IMG/VR virus record: IMGVR_UViG_3300034777_000432
Reading direction: 5' to 3' (one strand)
Length of the DNA stretch: 64,000 bases
From: an uncultured virus (IMG/VR IMGVR_UViG_3300034777_000432)
Lineage: Duplodnaviria > Heunggongvirae > Uroviricota > Caudoviricetes
The translations under genes were made by a program, and so were the position numbers. Positions 17,290 to 27,909 of this stretch are shown here, in pieces (positions within the stretch are counted from its first letter, which is position 1; every line of letters starts with the position of its first letter). A model generated the notes under the pieces. It made no database searches. It was given only the letters and a program-made list of their open reading frames with translations, and had not been told where the DNA came from.

Positions 17290-17865
17290 ATGGCAATTTT
17301 TAGTGACAAAATAGTGGATGTGGTTTATGCAAACCCAGAATATACTTTAATTAAAATCAGATATGAAGATCCTGAAGGTAATCTTTGTCCTCATGTTATA
17401 GACGTAGATCCTAATCATCCTGACTTTCAAGCTTTAGAAGCTGAAGGTTGGGATTCTGAAAAGATTAATGAATCAACCGCTGAATGGAAACGAGCTCAAT
17501 CGCAAGCTTGGAATATCGAAGTTAATACTGCAGCTAAAGAAATAGCAATGCAAATGGTTGGTTCTGATGTCCTCTTAAAAGAAAAAGAACGTTTAGAAAA
17601 AGAAACAGGCAAACTTACTGTAAAACTTGAAGAAGCAAATATAAATTATTCTGATACTAAAAGAAAAGTAGCTAATAGTTCAGATGCTGTTGTATATGAT
17701 CATATGCTTGAATTTAATGATAATGCAGATATATTATTTAAAGTAAAGCTTTGGGCATTGGAAACTGATATTGTAAAGAATGCTGATAAGGCTACAAAAT
17801 CATCTATAAGAAAAGCAAAACGAGTTACGCAACTAGTTAGTATTATAGATAATCTTATAGAATAA
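17290..17865 (+). CDS. Hypothetical coiled-coil protein, possible fibre assembly chaperone
   Basis: Directly follows fibre gene; LFKVKLWALE..VK..SIRKAK tail. Confidence 0.5.
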   Translation: MAIFSDKIVDVVYANPEYTLIKIRYEDPEGNLCPHVIDVDPNHPDFQALEAEGWDSEKINESTAEWKRAQSQAWNIEVNTAAKEIAMQMVGSDVLLKEKERLEKETGKLTVKLEEANINYSDTKRKVANSSDAVVYDHMLEFNDNADILFKVKLWALETDIVKNADKATKSSIRKAKRVTQLVSIIDNLIE

Positions 17866-17886
17866 AATATATTGTGAGTATGAATA

Positions 17887-18972
17887 ATGTGGAACAAAAG
17901 CTATGACCTTAGGTCACTAGTATTAGATGTTGAGTTAACTTCTTATTGTAATTTAAGATGCCCTCAATGTTCAAGAACAGATGAACATAATAACCTTGAA
18001 AAGAAATCTTGGTTGCCTCTTCATTCTGTATCTATAGATCAGTTTAAAAACTGGTTCCCTCCAAAAGTAATATGTACACTTAAACAAATACATTTCTCAG
18101 GAACGTATGGCGATCCTGGCATGTGCAAAGACTTAGCTCAAATAATAGATTATATTATTGACGAAGGTACTTGTAAAATATCTATTAATACAAATGGTTC
18201 TATGCGAGACTCAGATTATTGGTGGGATATTGCTGCAAAAGGTCAACGACGATTAAAGATCATTCTTGATATCGATGGTATTAATCAGGAAATGCATGGA
18301 TTCTATAGACGTGGTTCTGATTTAGAAAAAGTATTAAATGTTGTAGAGGCTATTAGCACTACACCTGCTGAGGTAAGTGTTCTTACTGTTATATTTAAAC
18401 ATAACGAAGATTACCTTGAACAAATACGTGATATGGTTAGAGATCGGGCTCATAAAGATATAACCTTTGATGAGGTTGAAGGTAATAATTTTCAAGGTGG
18501 ACCAATATATAAGTTTAAAGACGAAGATGGTAATGAACAACAATTAGAACAAGTAACTCGTAAAGATAGAGAACAAGGACTTGAACGAGAATCAAGACGA
18601 GTAAGAGACCATCGTCATATTGAAATCGTAGAACTATATAATAAAATAGATTGTCTAGCAGCAAATCAGCAAAATCTTAAAATACAATCGTCTGGTCAAG
18701 TAACACCATGTTGTTATATGTCAACTCCATTAGAAACAGCTTCATTATTTAAACCCGATAGTTTTAATCGAATGATTACTACGTACGGTGGTAAAGACGA
18801 AGATATTAATCCAGTTGCACAAGAGTTTATCGACAATCCTGATTTATTTAATTTAGATCATACACCTTTATTAGATATTATTAATGGTGAATGGTTTACT
18901 AAAACATTACCAGACTCTTGGCAAACAAAAAGTCCTTGCTTCGCATGCTCTAAAGTGTGTGGCGTAGTATGA
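17887..18972 (+). CDS. Radical SAM enzyme with SPASM/twitch domain
   Basis: CNLRCPQC, GTYGDP, NTNG, GQVTPCC, C-terminal CxxCxxxC. Confidence 0.9.
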   Translation: MWNKSYDLRSLVLDVELTSYCNLRCPQCSRTDEHNNLEKKSWLPLHSVSIDQFKNWFPPKVICTLKQIHFSGTYGDPGMCKDLAQIIDYIIDEGTCKISINTNGSMRDSDYWWDIAAKGQRRLKIILDIDGINQEMHGFYRRGSDLEKVLNVVEAISTTPAEVSVLTVIFKHNEDYLEQIRDMVRDRAHKDITFDEVEGNNFQGGPIYKFKDEDGNEQQLEQVTRKDREQGLERESRRVRDHRHIEIVELYNKIDCLAANQQNLKIQSSGQVTPCCYMSTPLETASLFKPDSFNRMITTYGGKDEDINPVAQEFIDNPDLFNLDHTPLLDIINGEWFTKTLPDSWQTKSPCFACSKVCGVV

Positions 18973-20093
18973 AGTGGGATTCAAATCAACTTAATGTATT
19001 TCTTGATATATCTACATATTGTAACGCAGGCTGTCCACAATGTCATAGAACTAATTCAAATGGACTTGGTAAAGAAGATTGGTTACCATTAATACAATGG
19101 TCTGTTGAAGAATTTAAAACTGCGTTTCCACCCGAAGTATTAGAAAATATTCATAGATTTAAATTCTGTGGTACTTGGGGTGATCCAATTATGAATAAAG
19201 ATATATTAGAGATTTTTGAATATATATCAAACCAAGGACCTTTATGTTTAATATCTGTAGATACAAACGGTAGTATTCGCGATGAAGATTTTTGGTGGAA
19301 GTTAGGTTGTATGTTTGGTACAAAACTTGCAGTAGTATTTGCTATCGATGGAATTGATCAAAAAATGCATGAAAGATATCGAAGGTTTACTGATCTCGAT
19401 AAAGTACTTGACAATATGCATACACTTGCGCAAACAGATGCTATGGTACAATCACAAACAATTCTTTTTCAACATAACGAAGATTATAAAGATGAGATAC
19501 TTAAGTTGGTAAAAGAATATGGTTCTAAAAAACACGAGTTTGTTATTTCTGATAGATTTCATAGTGGTAATACTCAACATTTTGTAGATGACAATGGTGA
19601 CGACTTTACTTTAACAAGAGCAAATTCCAAGTCATTACCAAAGGGTGTTATATCAGGAGCGTTTAAACGAGAAATAGAAACTATTCCAGTTAAAACAGTT
19701 AATGAACCGGTTCCAGCAGAAAAAGTTAAAGTTGTAATGAAACCACAAAAAACATTAGAGCATAATATTAAATGTAGGTGGGCTTTACCAAGAAACGAAG
19801 TCGTAGTAAATCCAGATGGTCAAGTTCTTCCTTGCTGTTTTCATGCTAATCATTACTATGGAAACTGGGCAAAGAATATTATTAAAGAAGATCCTACATA
19901 TAAGTATTACATTGAAAATAAAAATGAGTTTAATGTTTTTAAAACATCTATTATTGATATAATGAACTCTAAACATTTTACAAAAACACTACCTGAAAGT
20001 ATAAAGGGAGATAATCCAAATTGGTCCTGCATTAAAAACTGCAGCAACAGAATTAAATCCGAACATCAACTGAGAGAGCGACATGAAACCTGA
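18969..20093 (+). CDS. Radical SAM enzyme with SPASM/twitch domain (paralog)
   Basis: CNAGCPQC, GTWGDP, DTNG, GQVLPCC, CIKNC. Confidence 0.9.
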   Translation: MKWDSNQLNVFLDISTYCNAGCPQCHRTNSNGLGKEDWLPLIQWSVEEFKTAFPPEVLENIHRFKFCGTWGDPIMNKDILEIFEYISNQGPLCLISVDTNGSIRDEDFWWKLGCMFGTKLAVVFAIDGIDQKMHERYRRFTDLDKVLDNMHTLAQTDAMVQSQTILFQHNEDYKDEILKLVKEYGSKKHEFVISDRFHSGNTQHFVDDNGDDFTLTRANSKSLPKGVISGAFKREIETIPVKTVNEPVPAEKVKVVMKPQKTLEHNIKCRWALPRNEVVVNPDGQVLPCCFHANHYYGNWAKNIIKEDPTYKYYIENKNEFNVFKTSIIDIMNSKHFTKTLPESIKGDNPNWSCIKNCSNRIKSEHQLRERHET

Positions 20094-20679
20094 TAATATT
20101 ATTTTTGTAAAGCATGGTAAAAAATACGATGCTGAATATGTGAATAGACTAAGAGATAAGTTAATGCCTTATTATCCAACGGCTCAATACTTATGTTATA
20201 CCGACGATCCTATTGGAGTTGAAATAGAATGCATTCCTTGTTTTGAGAAACCAACATTAAAGTATTGGTGGAATAAACTTGCAATGTTTAGTAAAGACTT
20301 TCCTGTTGAAGGTAAATGCTTATACTTTGATTTAGATATGGATATTGAAGATGACTTTACTGATTTTATTAAATGGGATGGATTAACTGTACTCGATGCA
20401 TATTGGAAAACTGGTATGTATATGGCTCCACACGCATATGATGTACAAATCAATAGTTCAATTATTACTTGGACCGCCGGTGAACAGGATTATGTGTGGG
20501 ATAAGTTTATGTCGAATAAAGATTACTATATGAGAAAATATGCTGGTATAGATCGATTCTTAAAGCATGAAGATATTAAATTTAATACATTTGAAACTGG
20601 TATTGTTGATAGTGTTGCGAATCCTGCTGATTTTAAAGCACCGGTTAAAATGTTTAATGGAATTCAATATGAGTTATAA
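20083..20679 (+). CDS. GT-A (GT8-like) glycosyltransferase
   Basis: KHGKKY, CYTDD, WWNKL, YFDLD (DxD), INSS. Confidence 0.7.
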   Translation: MKPDNIIFVKHGKKYDAEYVNRLRDKLMPYYPTAQYLCYTDDPIGVEIECIPCFEKPTLKYWWNKLAMFSKDFPVEGKCLYFDLDMDIEDDFTDFIKWDGLTVLDAYWKTGMYMAPHAYDVQINSSIITWTAGEQDYVWDKFMSNKDYYMRKYAGIDRFLKHEDIKFNTFETGIVDSVANPADFKAPVKMFNGIQYEL

Positions 20680-21310
20680 AGAACAACTATATAAAAATGC
20701 GTTAAAGGAAATACAAAGGATCTATAAAGAATCTCAGTATAATCCTGCCGTAGATTTGTATCGTAGTTTTGATATAATTAATTCAGTAAATGATAATCAA
20801 ATAGCAAGTAAAGAATGGCTTGCAGATAAAATCATTCCTTACATAGAAAAATCAGATCATAAAAGAGTTTGTTTACTCGGTGGTTGGTATGGTGTATTAG
20901 GAATCATTCTTAAAACAAAATATCCTGACGCAGAATTAGCCTCAGTGGATTCAGATGAAGAATGTATTAATATTGGTAAAAAACTATCAACAGGTATTTG
21001 TAAGCTTAATTTTAAACATGAAGATGCATTGGATTATATGCTTGATATCGATGGTAAGCATGATATAATCATTAATACAAGTTGTGAACATATGGAAAAG
21101 AACGATATTATATTAATGAATAATCTCAAAGGAAAGCATACCATTGTATGTTTACAATCTAATAATTATCATTCAATACAAAGTCATATTAATACATACG
21201 ATAGTCTTAATGAGTTTGTTGAATCATTAAAGCTATCTGAAATATTTTATAAAGAAGAAATGGAAGCTCCTGGCGGAGAATATAATAGATATATGGTAAT
21301 TGGTCGATGA
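20669..21310 (+). CDS. Class I SAM-dependent methyltransferase
   Basis: LLGGWYG motif I, SVDSD, INTSCEH, RYMVIG. Confidence 0.75.
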   Translation: MSYKEQLYKNALKEIQRIYKESQYNPAVDLYRSFDIINSVNDNQIASKEWLADKIIPYIEKSDHKRVCLLGGWYGVLGIILKTKYPDAELASVDSDEECINIGKKLSTGICKLNFKHEDALDYMLDIDGKHDIIINTSCEHMEKNDIILMNNLKGKHTIVCLQSNNYHSIQSHINTYDSLNEFVESLKLSEIFYKEEMEAPGGEYNRYMVIGR

Positions 21311-23031
21311 AAAGAATTATTTTTACAGTATATGATGACTTAAACGAGGTCGATGATACTCATGATCTTGGCACGCCAGCAGTAAAACTTGTTGATGAAT
21401 ATTTCGATAAGCTTTTGCAAAACAAAAAAGATTATGCTGAATCAATTGGAGTTGATTTTAAGTTTTATCATAACACTATGAAAGATTTTGATTGTGATAT
21501 ATCATTAGAGTTTACAAAGGTTAATTTATATAAGCATCATATAATGTGTAAATTAGCAGAAGAATACGATGAAGTTCTATATGTTGATATGGATGTTGTA
21601 TTGAACACAAAAGAAAATATGTTTGATGAACACGATTTAGAAAAGAATGGTTACCATATTAAATATCAAGATGATCATGTTCAAAGCACACAAGTAAAAG
21701 AAGTATTATTTAATGAAATCGGATTAAGATCTCCTACTTTAAAATATCATATTACAAAAGCAATGCTTGGTGGAGAAGATAACGAAGATATACATGTAAT
21801 GAATACTGGTATTATGCTTGCAAATTCTAAATGGATACAGAAATTAGACTTTATTAATAATATGCAAGTTGCTTTAAATAGATTAGAAGAAATCAAAAGA
21901 AAAGCAATAAAGGAAAACGAACAATCATATATTACTCTGCATTTTTATCCTAATAACGAAGCTTTGTTTGCGTGGATGGTTTTAGAATACGATATACCGT
22001 TTTATAATTTAGATGATGAATGGCATTGTATAGTTGACCACTTTCCAAAACAATATAATTTTAATGATATGAAAGCAATTCATTTTATTAATAAAAAATT
22101 TAATTCGTTTTTTAAAGATAAAACTTATGCAATGTTTTCTATACATGTTGATATACCTGACGATAAACTCGATAATCCACGAGGCCATTTTAATGCGACA
22201 GTATCTAAGTCTAAGCATGTTAAAGATCAACTAGCAAAATATAAAGACGCGTTAATTGATAATCATAAACAACAGGCAGATGCTATAAATGCAACATATA
22301 TTCATTATGGTAGAGATGAACAATATGAAGAGTTTTACAAAAGGTTTCCTGATTTATCAGAATACGATGTAATCAATTTATATAAAATATGGCTTCTTGA
22401 TAAACTCACAAAAGAATACGACGGTGTATTGTACGTAGATTTAGATTGTTATTTTACAAAGATAGGTATTTCTATATTTGATTATGTTCCTTGGGAAGTG
22501 GCATTCTGTTGTAATTATAGTACTCCCCAAGATTTGTATATAAACAGAACCGGAAATTACTTTGAATCATATCGTTATGACTTCCGAAGTCCACATGCAA
22601 AATATTGGAACACACATGCTCTTTTAGCTGAAGATGAAATAGATCCTGTATGCGATGTTTATAATACTGGAGTTATGGTTGCAAGTCGAAAAGTAATGGA
22701 TAAACTTAATTACTTTTCTGATATAGATAAAGTATTATCTGTTATGAAAGAACTTAAAGAAGATGAGTATTCAATGTATCCACCTCAAATAAGAAAATCG
22801 TTTGGATATGATAATGAGACAATCACTTCTTATAAAGTTATTAAGAATAATGTGTTCTCATTTAGATTAAACGAGGATTGGCATTTTAAGCATAACGAAA
22901 ACTATCCTGAGTCTTATATTAAAGACACAACTACATATATTCGTGAAAAGGCAAAAATAGCCGATCAGTTAAACAAAAGACAAATCATACACTTTATTTC
23001 TAAGAACTTCTCGTTGGTTTTCGATAAATAG
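21307..23031 (+). CDS. Tandem two-domain GT-A glycosyltransferase
   Basis: Internal duplication: NLYK/YVDMD/NTGIM/NNE/WH/HF and NLYK/YVDLD/NTGVM/DNE/WH/HF. Confidence 0.75.
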   Translation: MKRIIFTVYDDLNEVDDTHDLGTPAVKLVDEYFDKLLQNKKDYAESIGVDFKFYHNTMKDFDCDISLEFTKVNLYKHHIMCKLAEEYDEVLYVDMDVVLNTKENMFDEHDLEKNGYHIKYQDDHVQSTQVKEVLFNEIGLRSPTLKYHITKAMLGGEDNEDIHVMNTGIMLANSKWIQKLDFINNMQVALNRLEEIKRKAIKENEQSYITLHFYPNNEALFAWMVLEYDIPFYNLDDEWHCIVDHFPKQYNFNDMKAIHFINKKFNSFFKDKTYAMFSIHVDIPDDKLDNPRGHFNATVSKSKHVKDQLAKYKDALIDNHKQQADAINATYIHYGRDEQYEEFYKRFPDLSEYDVINLYKIWLLDKLTKEYDGVLYVDLDCYFTKIGISIFDYVPWEVAFCCNYSTPQDLYINRTGNYFESYRYDFRSPHAKYWNTHALLAEDEIDPVCDVYNTGVMVASRKVMDKLNYFSDIDKVLSVMKELKEDEYSMYPPQIRKSFGYDNETITSYKVIKNNVFSFRLNEDWHFKHNENYPESYIKDTTTYIREKAKIADQLNKRQIIHFISKNFSLVFDK

Positions 23032-23062
23032 TAATGTAACCGCTGATTAAGGTATTTGTATT

Positions 23063-23620
23063 ATGACTCTATTATATTTTTATATGTTCTATTGGATCGT
23101 ATCCTTTCTAGGATTCACGATAGGATTTCATCGCGTAGTATCCCACAAATCTATAAACCTACATCCCGTTTTAGAGGCATTTGTTCTCTATGTTGGAGTA
23201 GTTGCTAGTGCGCTATCGCCGTTGGGTTGGGCAGGAATGCATCGTATGCACCATGCTTATGCTGACACACCAAAGGATCCTCATAGTCCGAAATATATGA
23301 AATGGTATTCAATACTCTTTTCGGCTTATAGAGTAAAAACTATTCCACGAAAGTTTGTACGAGATTTATATAAGAATCCAAGAGTAATGTTCTTTCACAA
23401 ATATAAATGGAATGTTTTATTTTCTACCTATGCAGTTACATTATTAATTAATCCATTGATTACTTTATGGCTTGTACTTCTTTTACCAACATCATTTATA
23501 TTCTTTGGTCTTATTAATGTAACAGGCCACGACTCAAACGGTAACCCAGTAAATAGATGGTGGATAAATCTATTTGCGCCATTTGAAGGGAATCATACTA
23601 AACATCATGAACCGAAATAG
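23063..23620 (+). CDS. Membrane fatty-acid desaturase (delta-9-like)
   Basis: His boxes HRVVSH, HRMHH, HTKHH; DPHSP; TM helices. Confidence 0.88.
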   Translation: MTLLYFYMFYWIVSFLGFTIGFHRVVSHKSINLHPVLEAFVLYVGVVASALSPLGWAGMHRMHHAYADTPKDPHSPKYMKWYSILFSAYRVKTIPRKFVRDLYKNPRVMFFHKYKWNVLFSTYAVTLLINPLITLWLVLLLPTSFIFFGLINVTGHDSNGNPVNRWWINLFAPFEGNHTKHHEPK

Positions 23621-24176
23621 CGATACTCGTTGGGTAAAGATGAATTTTGATGTACCTTGCGATAAAATAGAAAAAGAATACGAATCAGTAAAAGAATCAT
23701 TAGTTATTCATAGACCAGAAGATGGCCATAAGGATTGGTGTGCTATGACTTTATATGGTACAGGATCTGATAATACAAATAGTCATTGGGAATACGGTCG
23801 TAAATCTAAAAAGGATGTTACTGAAATAGGTTTACAATGTCCTGCAACTATGGAATTTGTACAGTCATTACCATATGCTCGTATTGATGACGTAAGATAT
23901 TTAGTTATTAAAGCCGGTGGTTATATTGCAGAACATGTCGATGTACCAGAACATAATTGGCTTGATCCTCTTAATATATCGATTACATATCCAGAAGGTT
24001 CAAGATTTGTACACGACGGAGAAGAAATACCTTATCATCCCGGTGGCGCATTTGTTTTAAATATACATTATGCTCATTCAGTACAAAATGAATCAGACAA
24101 AGATAGATTACATTTATTAATTCACGGCAAAAAGAAAAAAGAGTTTTGGAATTATGTTGAGAAACTCAAACTGTAA
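23607..24176 (+). CDS. 2OG-Fe(II) oxygenase, Asp/Asn beta-hydroxylase-like
   Basis: IAEHVD...HSVQN...DRLHL. Confidence 0.8.
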   Translation: MNRNSDTRWVKMNFDVPCDKIEKEYESVKESLVIHRPEDGHKDWCAMTLYGTGSDNTNSHWEYGRKSKKDVTEIGLQCPATMEFVQSLPYARIDDVRYLVIKAGGYIAEHVDVPEHNWLDPLNISITYPEGSRFVHDGEEIPYHPGGAFVLNIHYAHSVQNESDKDRLHLLIHGKKKKEFWNYVEKLKL

Positions 24177-24651
24177 AGTCATTACGTTCTTACCAGAAGA
24201 TCGTCCTGATATTCTAAGACGTTTACACGGTGCTGAATATAATCATATAAACTATGATACTATATCTTGGTTTGATTTTGATTGCATATCGATATTACAA
24301 GATGGCGATGATATAGTTGGGTTTAGTTCTATATGGCATAGAGAAGAACATTATGAAGAAGGTGAAGTAAGAATATTAAATCGTTATTGGGAAGATGATG
24401 TTTTAAGAAGAGGTGGAAGAGAATTAGCTCGAGCTCATATACTTACTATGGTATCTGAACAATTAAAGTTTGCAAAAGAACTCGGATATACTAAAGCGTT
24501 TATAAGTCGAGAAAAGAACCCTCGAGTTTTTAAAGAACTAATAAATAAAATTGCCAAAGGTACAAATACTGAATGGCATATACATGATAAGAGAGTACCC
24601 GTCTGTGAAGGAGATGGTTGCTTACAATTTAAAGGATATACCGAATTATGA
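24154..24651 (+). CDS. GNAT-fold acyltransferase-like protein
   Basis: IVGFS, RILNRY, AKELGYTKAFISRE. Confidence 0.5.
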   Translation: MLRNSNCKVITFLPEDRPDILRRLHGAEYNHINYDTISWFDFDCISILQDGDDIVGFSSIWHREEHYEEGEVRILNRYWEDDVLRRGGRELARAHILTMVSEQLKFAKELGYTKAFISREKNPRVFKELINKIAKGTNTEWHIHDKRVPVCEGDGCLQFKGYTEL

Positions 24652-25451
24652 AAACTCGTTATGAATTACCACCATTCTTAAAATTAGATATGCAATTTGA
24701 TGTCGCGAAGATTATTGAAGACGTGAGAAACATGCCACCTGAAACTGATGACTTAAAACAAAAGGATGGTTATGGAGATTTAGTTGGCGGTAAAACTGCA
24801 AAGCTACAAAAAGCATTTGGTTTAAAGTTTGATACAATCGAAGATGCGTATCAATTCCTACAAGATAATGATGTAAAAGAATCTGAGTTTAGAAAAGGCT
24901 TGGGTGGTAAGCGTATGGCTTGGGACTTTAGAAATTATGTAAAACCGTTCGAAGATTATATTGTTAAAGATGGTAAAGGTAAATTTGAAGTTAATGGATC
25001 GCCTTATAAACAAATTGCTTTAACTAAATATAATCCTGCCGAAGAAGATCGCATATATGATAAAAAGATTCCTAAGAGTAGGCTTGATGAACGTCATTAT
25101 AATCTCGTAAAAGATTGGGTCAAAGGTACTTATTTAGAAGAAATCCTTAAACAATTTAAAGGTGAAGTTACCCGTGCACGGATTGCTATTATGGATCCTG
25201 GCGCGTTTGTTGCAGAACATATCGATTATAATACTGATTATTCAATTCGTTTCCATATTCCTATTACAACAAATGATGATTGTGGATTCTATTGTGTTAA
25301 TCAAGAAGGTGAAAAGGTATATCAAACAATGGAACCTGGATCTTGTTGGTTTTTAAATCAAGGTATGAGACACTCTGCTTGGAATAAAGGAACTACTACA
25401 AGATCTCATATTATCATATCTGTTAATGGACAGGATGATTTAGATGTTTAA
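24648..25451 (+). CDS. 2OG-Fe(II) oxygenase, Asp/Asn- or proline-hydroxylase-like
   Basis: RARI...EHID...RFHIPI...HSAWN...RSH. Confidence 0.8.
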   Translation: MKTRYELPPFLKLDMQFDVAKIIEDVRNMPPETDDLKQKDGYGDLVGGKTAKLQKAFGLKFDTIEDAYQFLQDNDVKESEFRKGLGGKRMAWDFRNYVKPFEDYIVKDGKGKFEVNGSPYKQIALTKYNPAEEDRIYDKKIPKSRLDERHYNLVKDWVKGTYLEEILKQFKGEVTRARIAIMDPGAFVAEHIDYNTDYSIRFHIPITTNDDCGFYCVNQEGEKVYQTMEPGSCWFLNQGMRHSAWNKGTTTRSHIIISVNGQDDLDV

Positions 25452-25953
25452 AGAATGGCGCAATGATTCATTTATAGTAACAGATTTTAAAGTCGATCCT
25501 GAATTTTGGACTCCATATTTTACCGGTGAATGGCAAGACAGTAATCAATTATATTCAGAATATGTAAGTGATGCCACCGGCGGTAAAGAAATGAATAAGT
25601 TTTTTGTTCAAGAGATTCATAATTTTGATCGACCACTCTTAAAGTTAATTAAAAAGATATGGAATGAATTTGGTATTAGACCAAGAGAGTTTCGTTGTAA
25701 CTTTTTTAGAGTATTAGAAGGTGGTGAGCTGCCTGTACATGTTGATGTAAAAAGCGAATGCTCAGTATTAATACCAGTAACAGAGAATACAGGCGAGTTA
25801 TATGTAGAATCCGGGGCTCATCGGGATTCAATTGTATATGATTCACTTACAGTTTTAAACACAAAGAAACCGCATGGTGTACAATCACCAACAAAGGAAA
25901 GGATAGTTTTTCATATGGGCATCCACGATACTAAATTCGGAGACTTAAGATGA
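25444..25953 (+). CDS. 2OG-Fe(II) oxygenase
   Basis: LPVHVD...LNTKKPHGV...ERI. Confidence 0.7.
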   Translation: MFKEWRNDSFIVTDFKVDPEFWTPYFTGEWQDSNQLYSEYVSDATGGKEMNKFFVQEIHNFDRPLLKLIKKIWNEFGIRPREFRCNFFRVLEGGELPVHVDVKSECSVLIPVTENTGELYVESGAHRDSIVYDSLTVLNTKKPHGVQSPTKERIVFHMGIHDTKFGDLR

Positions 25954-26411
25954 TTAACAGATTAAATTTACCAGCACTAACATTACCATCACCTGCTCAT
26001 AATGCATTAGAAATTGAATACGATAGTTCAATTATTAATTATACAGCTTGGAATGTTACAGACGAAACAGCTACTTTAGTGGCTAATAATGTATTACAAG
26101 AAATTTTAGATAACGCTCAATTGCGATATCAAGAATCAGATAATACTAAAAACGACAGAATTTTTACAACAGAATCACGTTGGAGAATTCTATATATGAT
26201 TGATCCGGCAGGTACAGTATTGCATGCACATGATGCAGACGATAACATCACATCTTCTATTACAGCAGTAGCAGGAGAATGGTACCTTATTGATTCACAC
26301 GTTAAAAATTCTAATTCTGGAATTACCGGTACACAAACTGCTTTAACAATCAATCATAGCGCTGATTTCAATAGTACGGAGCAGGCTTGGATAGATGGCA
26401 AAATACTTTAA
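25950..26411 (+). CDS. Degenerate double-stranded beta-helix protein (probable inactive oxygenase paralog)
   Basis: LYMID.AG and WYLIDS layout, but no HxD or distal H ligands. Confidence 0.4.
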   Translation: MINRLNLPALTLPSPAHNALEIEYDSSIINYTAWNVTDETATLVANNVLQEILDNAQLRYQESDNTKNDRIFTTESRWRILYMIDPAGTVLHAHDADDNITSSITAVAGEWYLIDSHVKNSNSGITGTQTALTINHSADFNSTEQAWIDGKIL

Positions 26412-26997
26412 ATATGATGTAAGAAAATACTTTGAGCAATATGTTGATTTTGAAAATAAATCAGTATTAGACTTTGGTTGCAATCACGGTAACTTTGTAA
26501 GGTATCAGTCTCACCACGATTATACTGGTGTTGATATTAATAAAGCTATTATAGAACAAAACAAAGAACAATATCCTGGCTGCGAATGGATTCATTATGA
26601 TGGATACAATAAAATGTATAATCCCAATGGTACAGAAGAATTCGTACTTGATAGGGATTATGATGTAGGTGTGCTGTTTTCAGTTATTACTCATATGGAA
26701 AAAGATGAAGCAATAGAGACTATACAAAAATTAAAAGAACGTTGTAAAACATTATATGTTACATTCTATTCTCATACAAATCATCAAGCTTTAACTAACA
26801 TATGTCGATATCGAAAATTAGGAATGCCTAATTGGAGCAAAATAACAGAATCAGATGTATATTACTTTAAACCCGAAGAATACCTTTGGTCTTTTTACGA
26901 TGATGACTTTGCCGCAAAAACATTTGGTGGTAAAGTATATGATACAATCTTTAGTCCTAGAACATTAATGGGAATGCAAAAATGTTTAATAATATAA
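26395..26997 (+). CDS. Class I SAM-dependent methyltransferase
   Basis: VLDFGCNHG, YTGVDI, FSVITH. Confidence 0.85.
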   Translation: MAKYFKYDVRKYFEQYVDFENKSVLDFGCNHGNFVRYQSHHDYTGVDINKAIIEQNKEQYPGCEWIHYDGYNKMYNPNGTEEFVLDRDYDVGVLFSVITHMEKDEAIETIQKLKERCKTLYVTFYSHTNHQALTNICRYRKLGMPNWSKITESDVYYFKPEEYLWSFYDDDFAAKTFGGKVYDTIFSPRTLMGMQKCLII

Positions 26998-27446
26998 GTC
27001 ATTATAATCTTCCAAACTTTTTAACGCATCATCAGCATGCGCATTTCTTAATTGTTGCAAAGAACTTACATGAAGATCATTGGACTCCATATAAAACGTC
27101 TTCTGGTAGACCGGACGGATTCTCATATTATGATTTAAAAACTACTTTTATTGGTAAGAACGTTTACCTTCTTAAAATGAATCCTCATAGTCGTATTGAT
27201 TGGCATACCGATAGCAGTAAAAGAACTATAGCATTAACCTATCCATTATCAGAACAGTATGCGCCATGCCAATTTGAAAATAATGAATCAACATCTAAGC
27301 CGGCTTTCTTAAATACTCAACAACGACATGCAGTATTTAATAACGCTCAAACAAGATATAGCCTAAACATATCATTCGAAGAGAATATGGATGATTGTAT
27401 AGCATTATTCGAAAGCTTGAACGAATATGAATTTAAAACACCTTAA
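26982..27446 (+). CDS. 2OG-Fe(II) oxygenase
   Basis: WHTD...LNTQQRHAV...RYSL. Confidence 0.7.
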   Translation: MFNNISHYNLPNFLTHHQHAHFLIVAKNLHEDHWTPYKTSSGRPDGFSYYDLKTTFIGKNVYLLKMNPHSRIDWHTDSSKRTIALTYPLSEQYAPCQFENNESTSKPAFLNTQQRHAVFNNAQTRYSLNISFEENMDDCIALFESLNEYEFKTP

Positions 27447-27909
27447 CTTTAAAATAGATAAACCTCGCTTTAGAAAAATAGCTGAAAAGTGGAGAAGCTC
27501 TGGTAGGTATTACCAATGGAAACAATTCGATCAAGAAGATAAATGGTTCCAAACATATCCACCTCAAGGAGAAGATGACGCAATATCTGAAGTAGAACAC
27601 ATGCTTGGTATTCATATATTTCAGAATAAGCCTCGTTTCTATTGGCTTAAACCAAACTCTAATCTTCCAATTCATTTTGATGAAGATAATGTAACATCAA
27701 TACAAATTAATCTAATGGATCAAACACCTGAAATAGGAATCGAAGGCGTGGGTAATGTTCCATATGAAGCAATGATAATAAATAACGGATATATAAGACA
27801 CTGGGTGGATCCAGTACCTTATGAACGTTTACAATTAAAATTTGTAATGCGTGAATCATACGAGCAAATAATGAGGGTAATACCTAATGCCATATTACAG
27901 GACAGATAG
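27427..27909 (+). CDS. 2OG-Fe(II) oxygenase
   Basis: LPIHFD...RHWV...ERL. Confidence 0.7.
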   Translation: MNLKHLNFKIDKPRFRKIAEKWRSSGRYYQWKQFDQEDKWFQTYPPQGEDDAISEVEHMLGIHIFQNKPRFYWLKPNSNLPIHFDEDNVTSIQINLMDQTPEIGIEGVGNVPYEAMIINNGYIRHWVDPVPYERLQLKFVMRESYEQIMRVIPNAILQDR

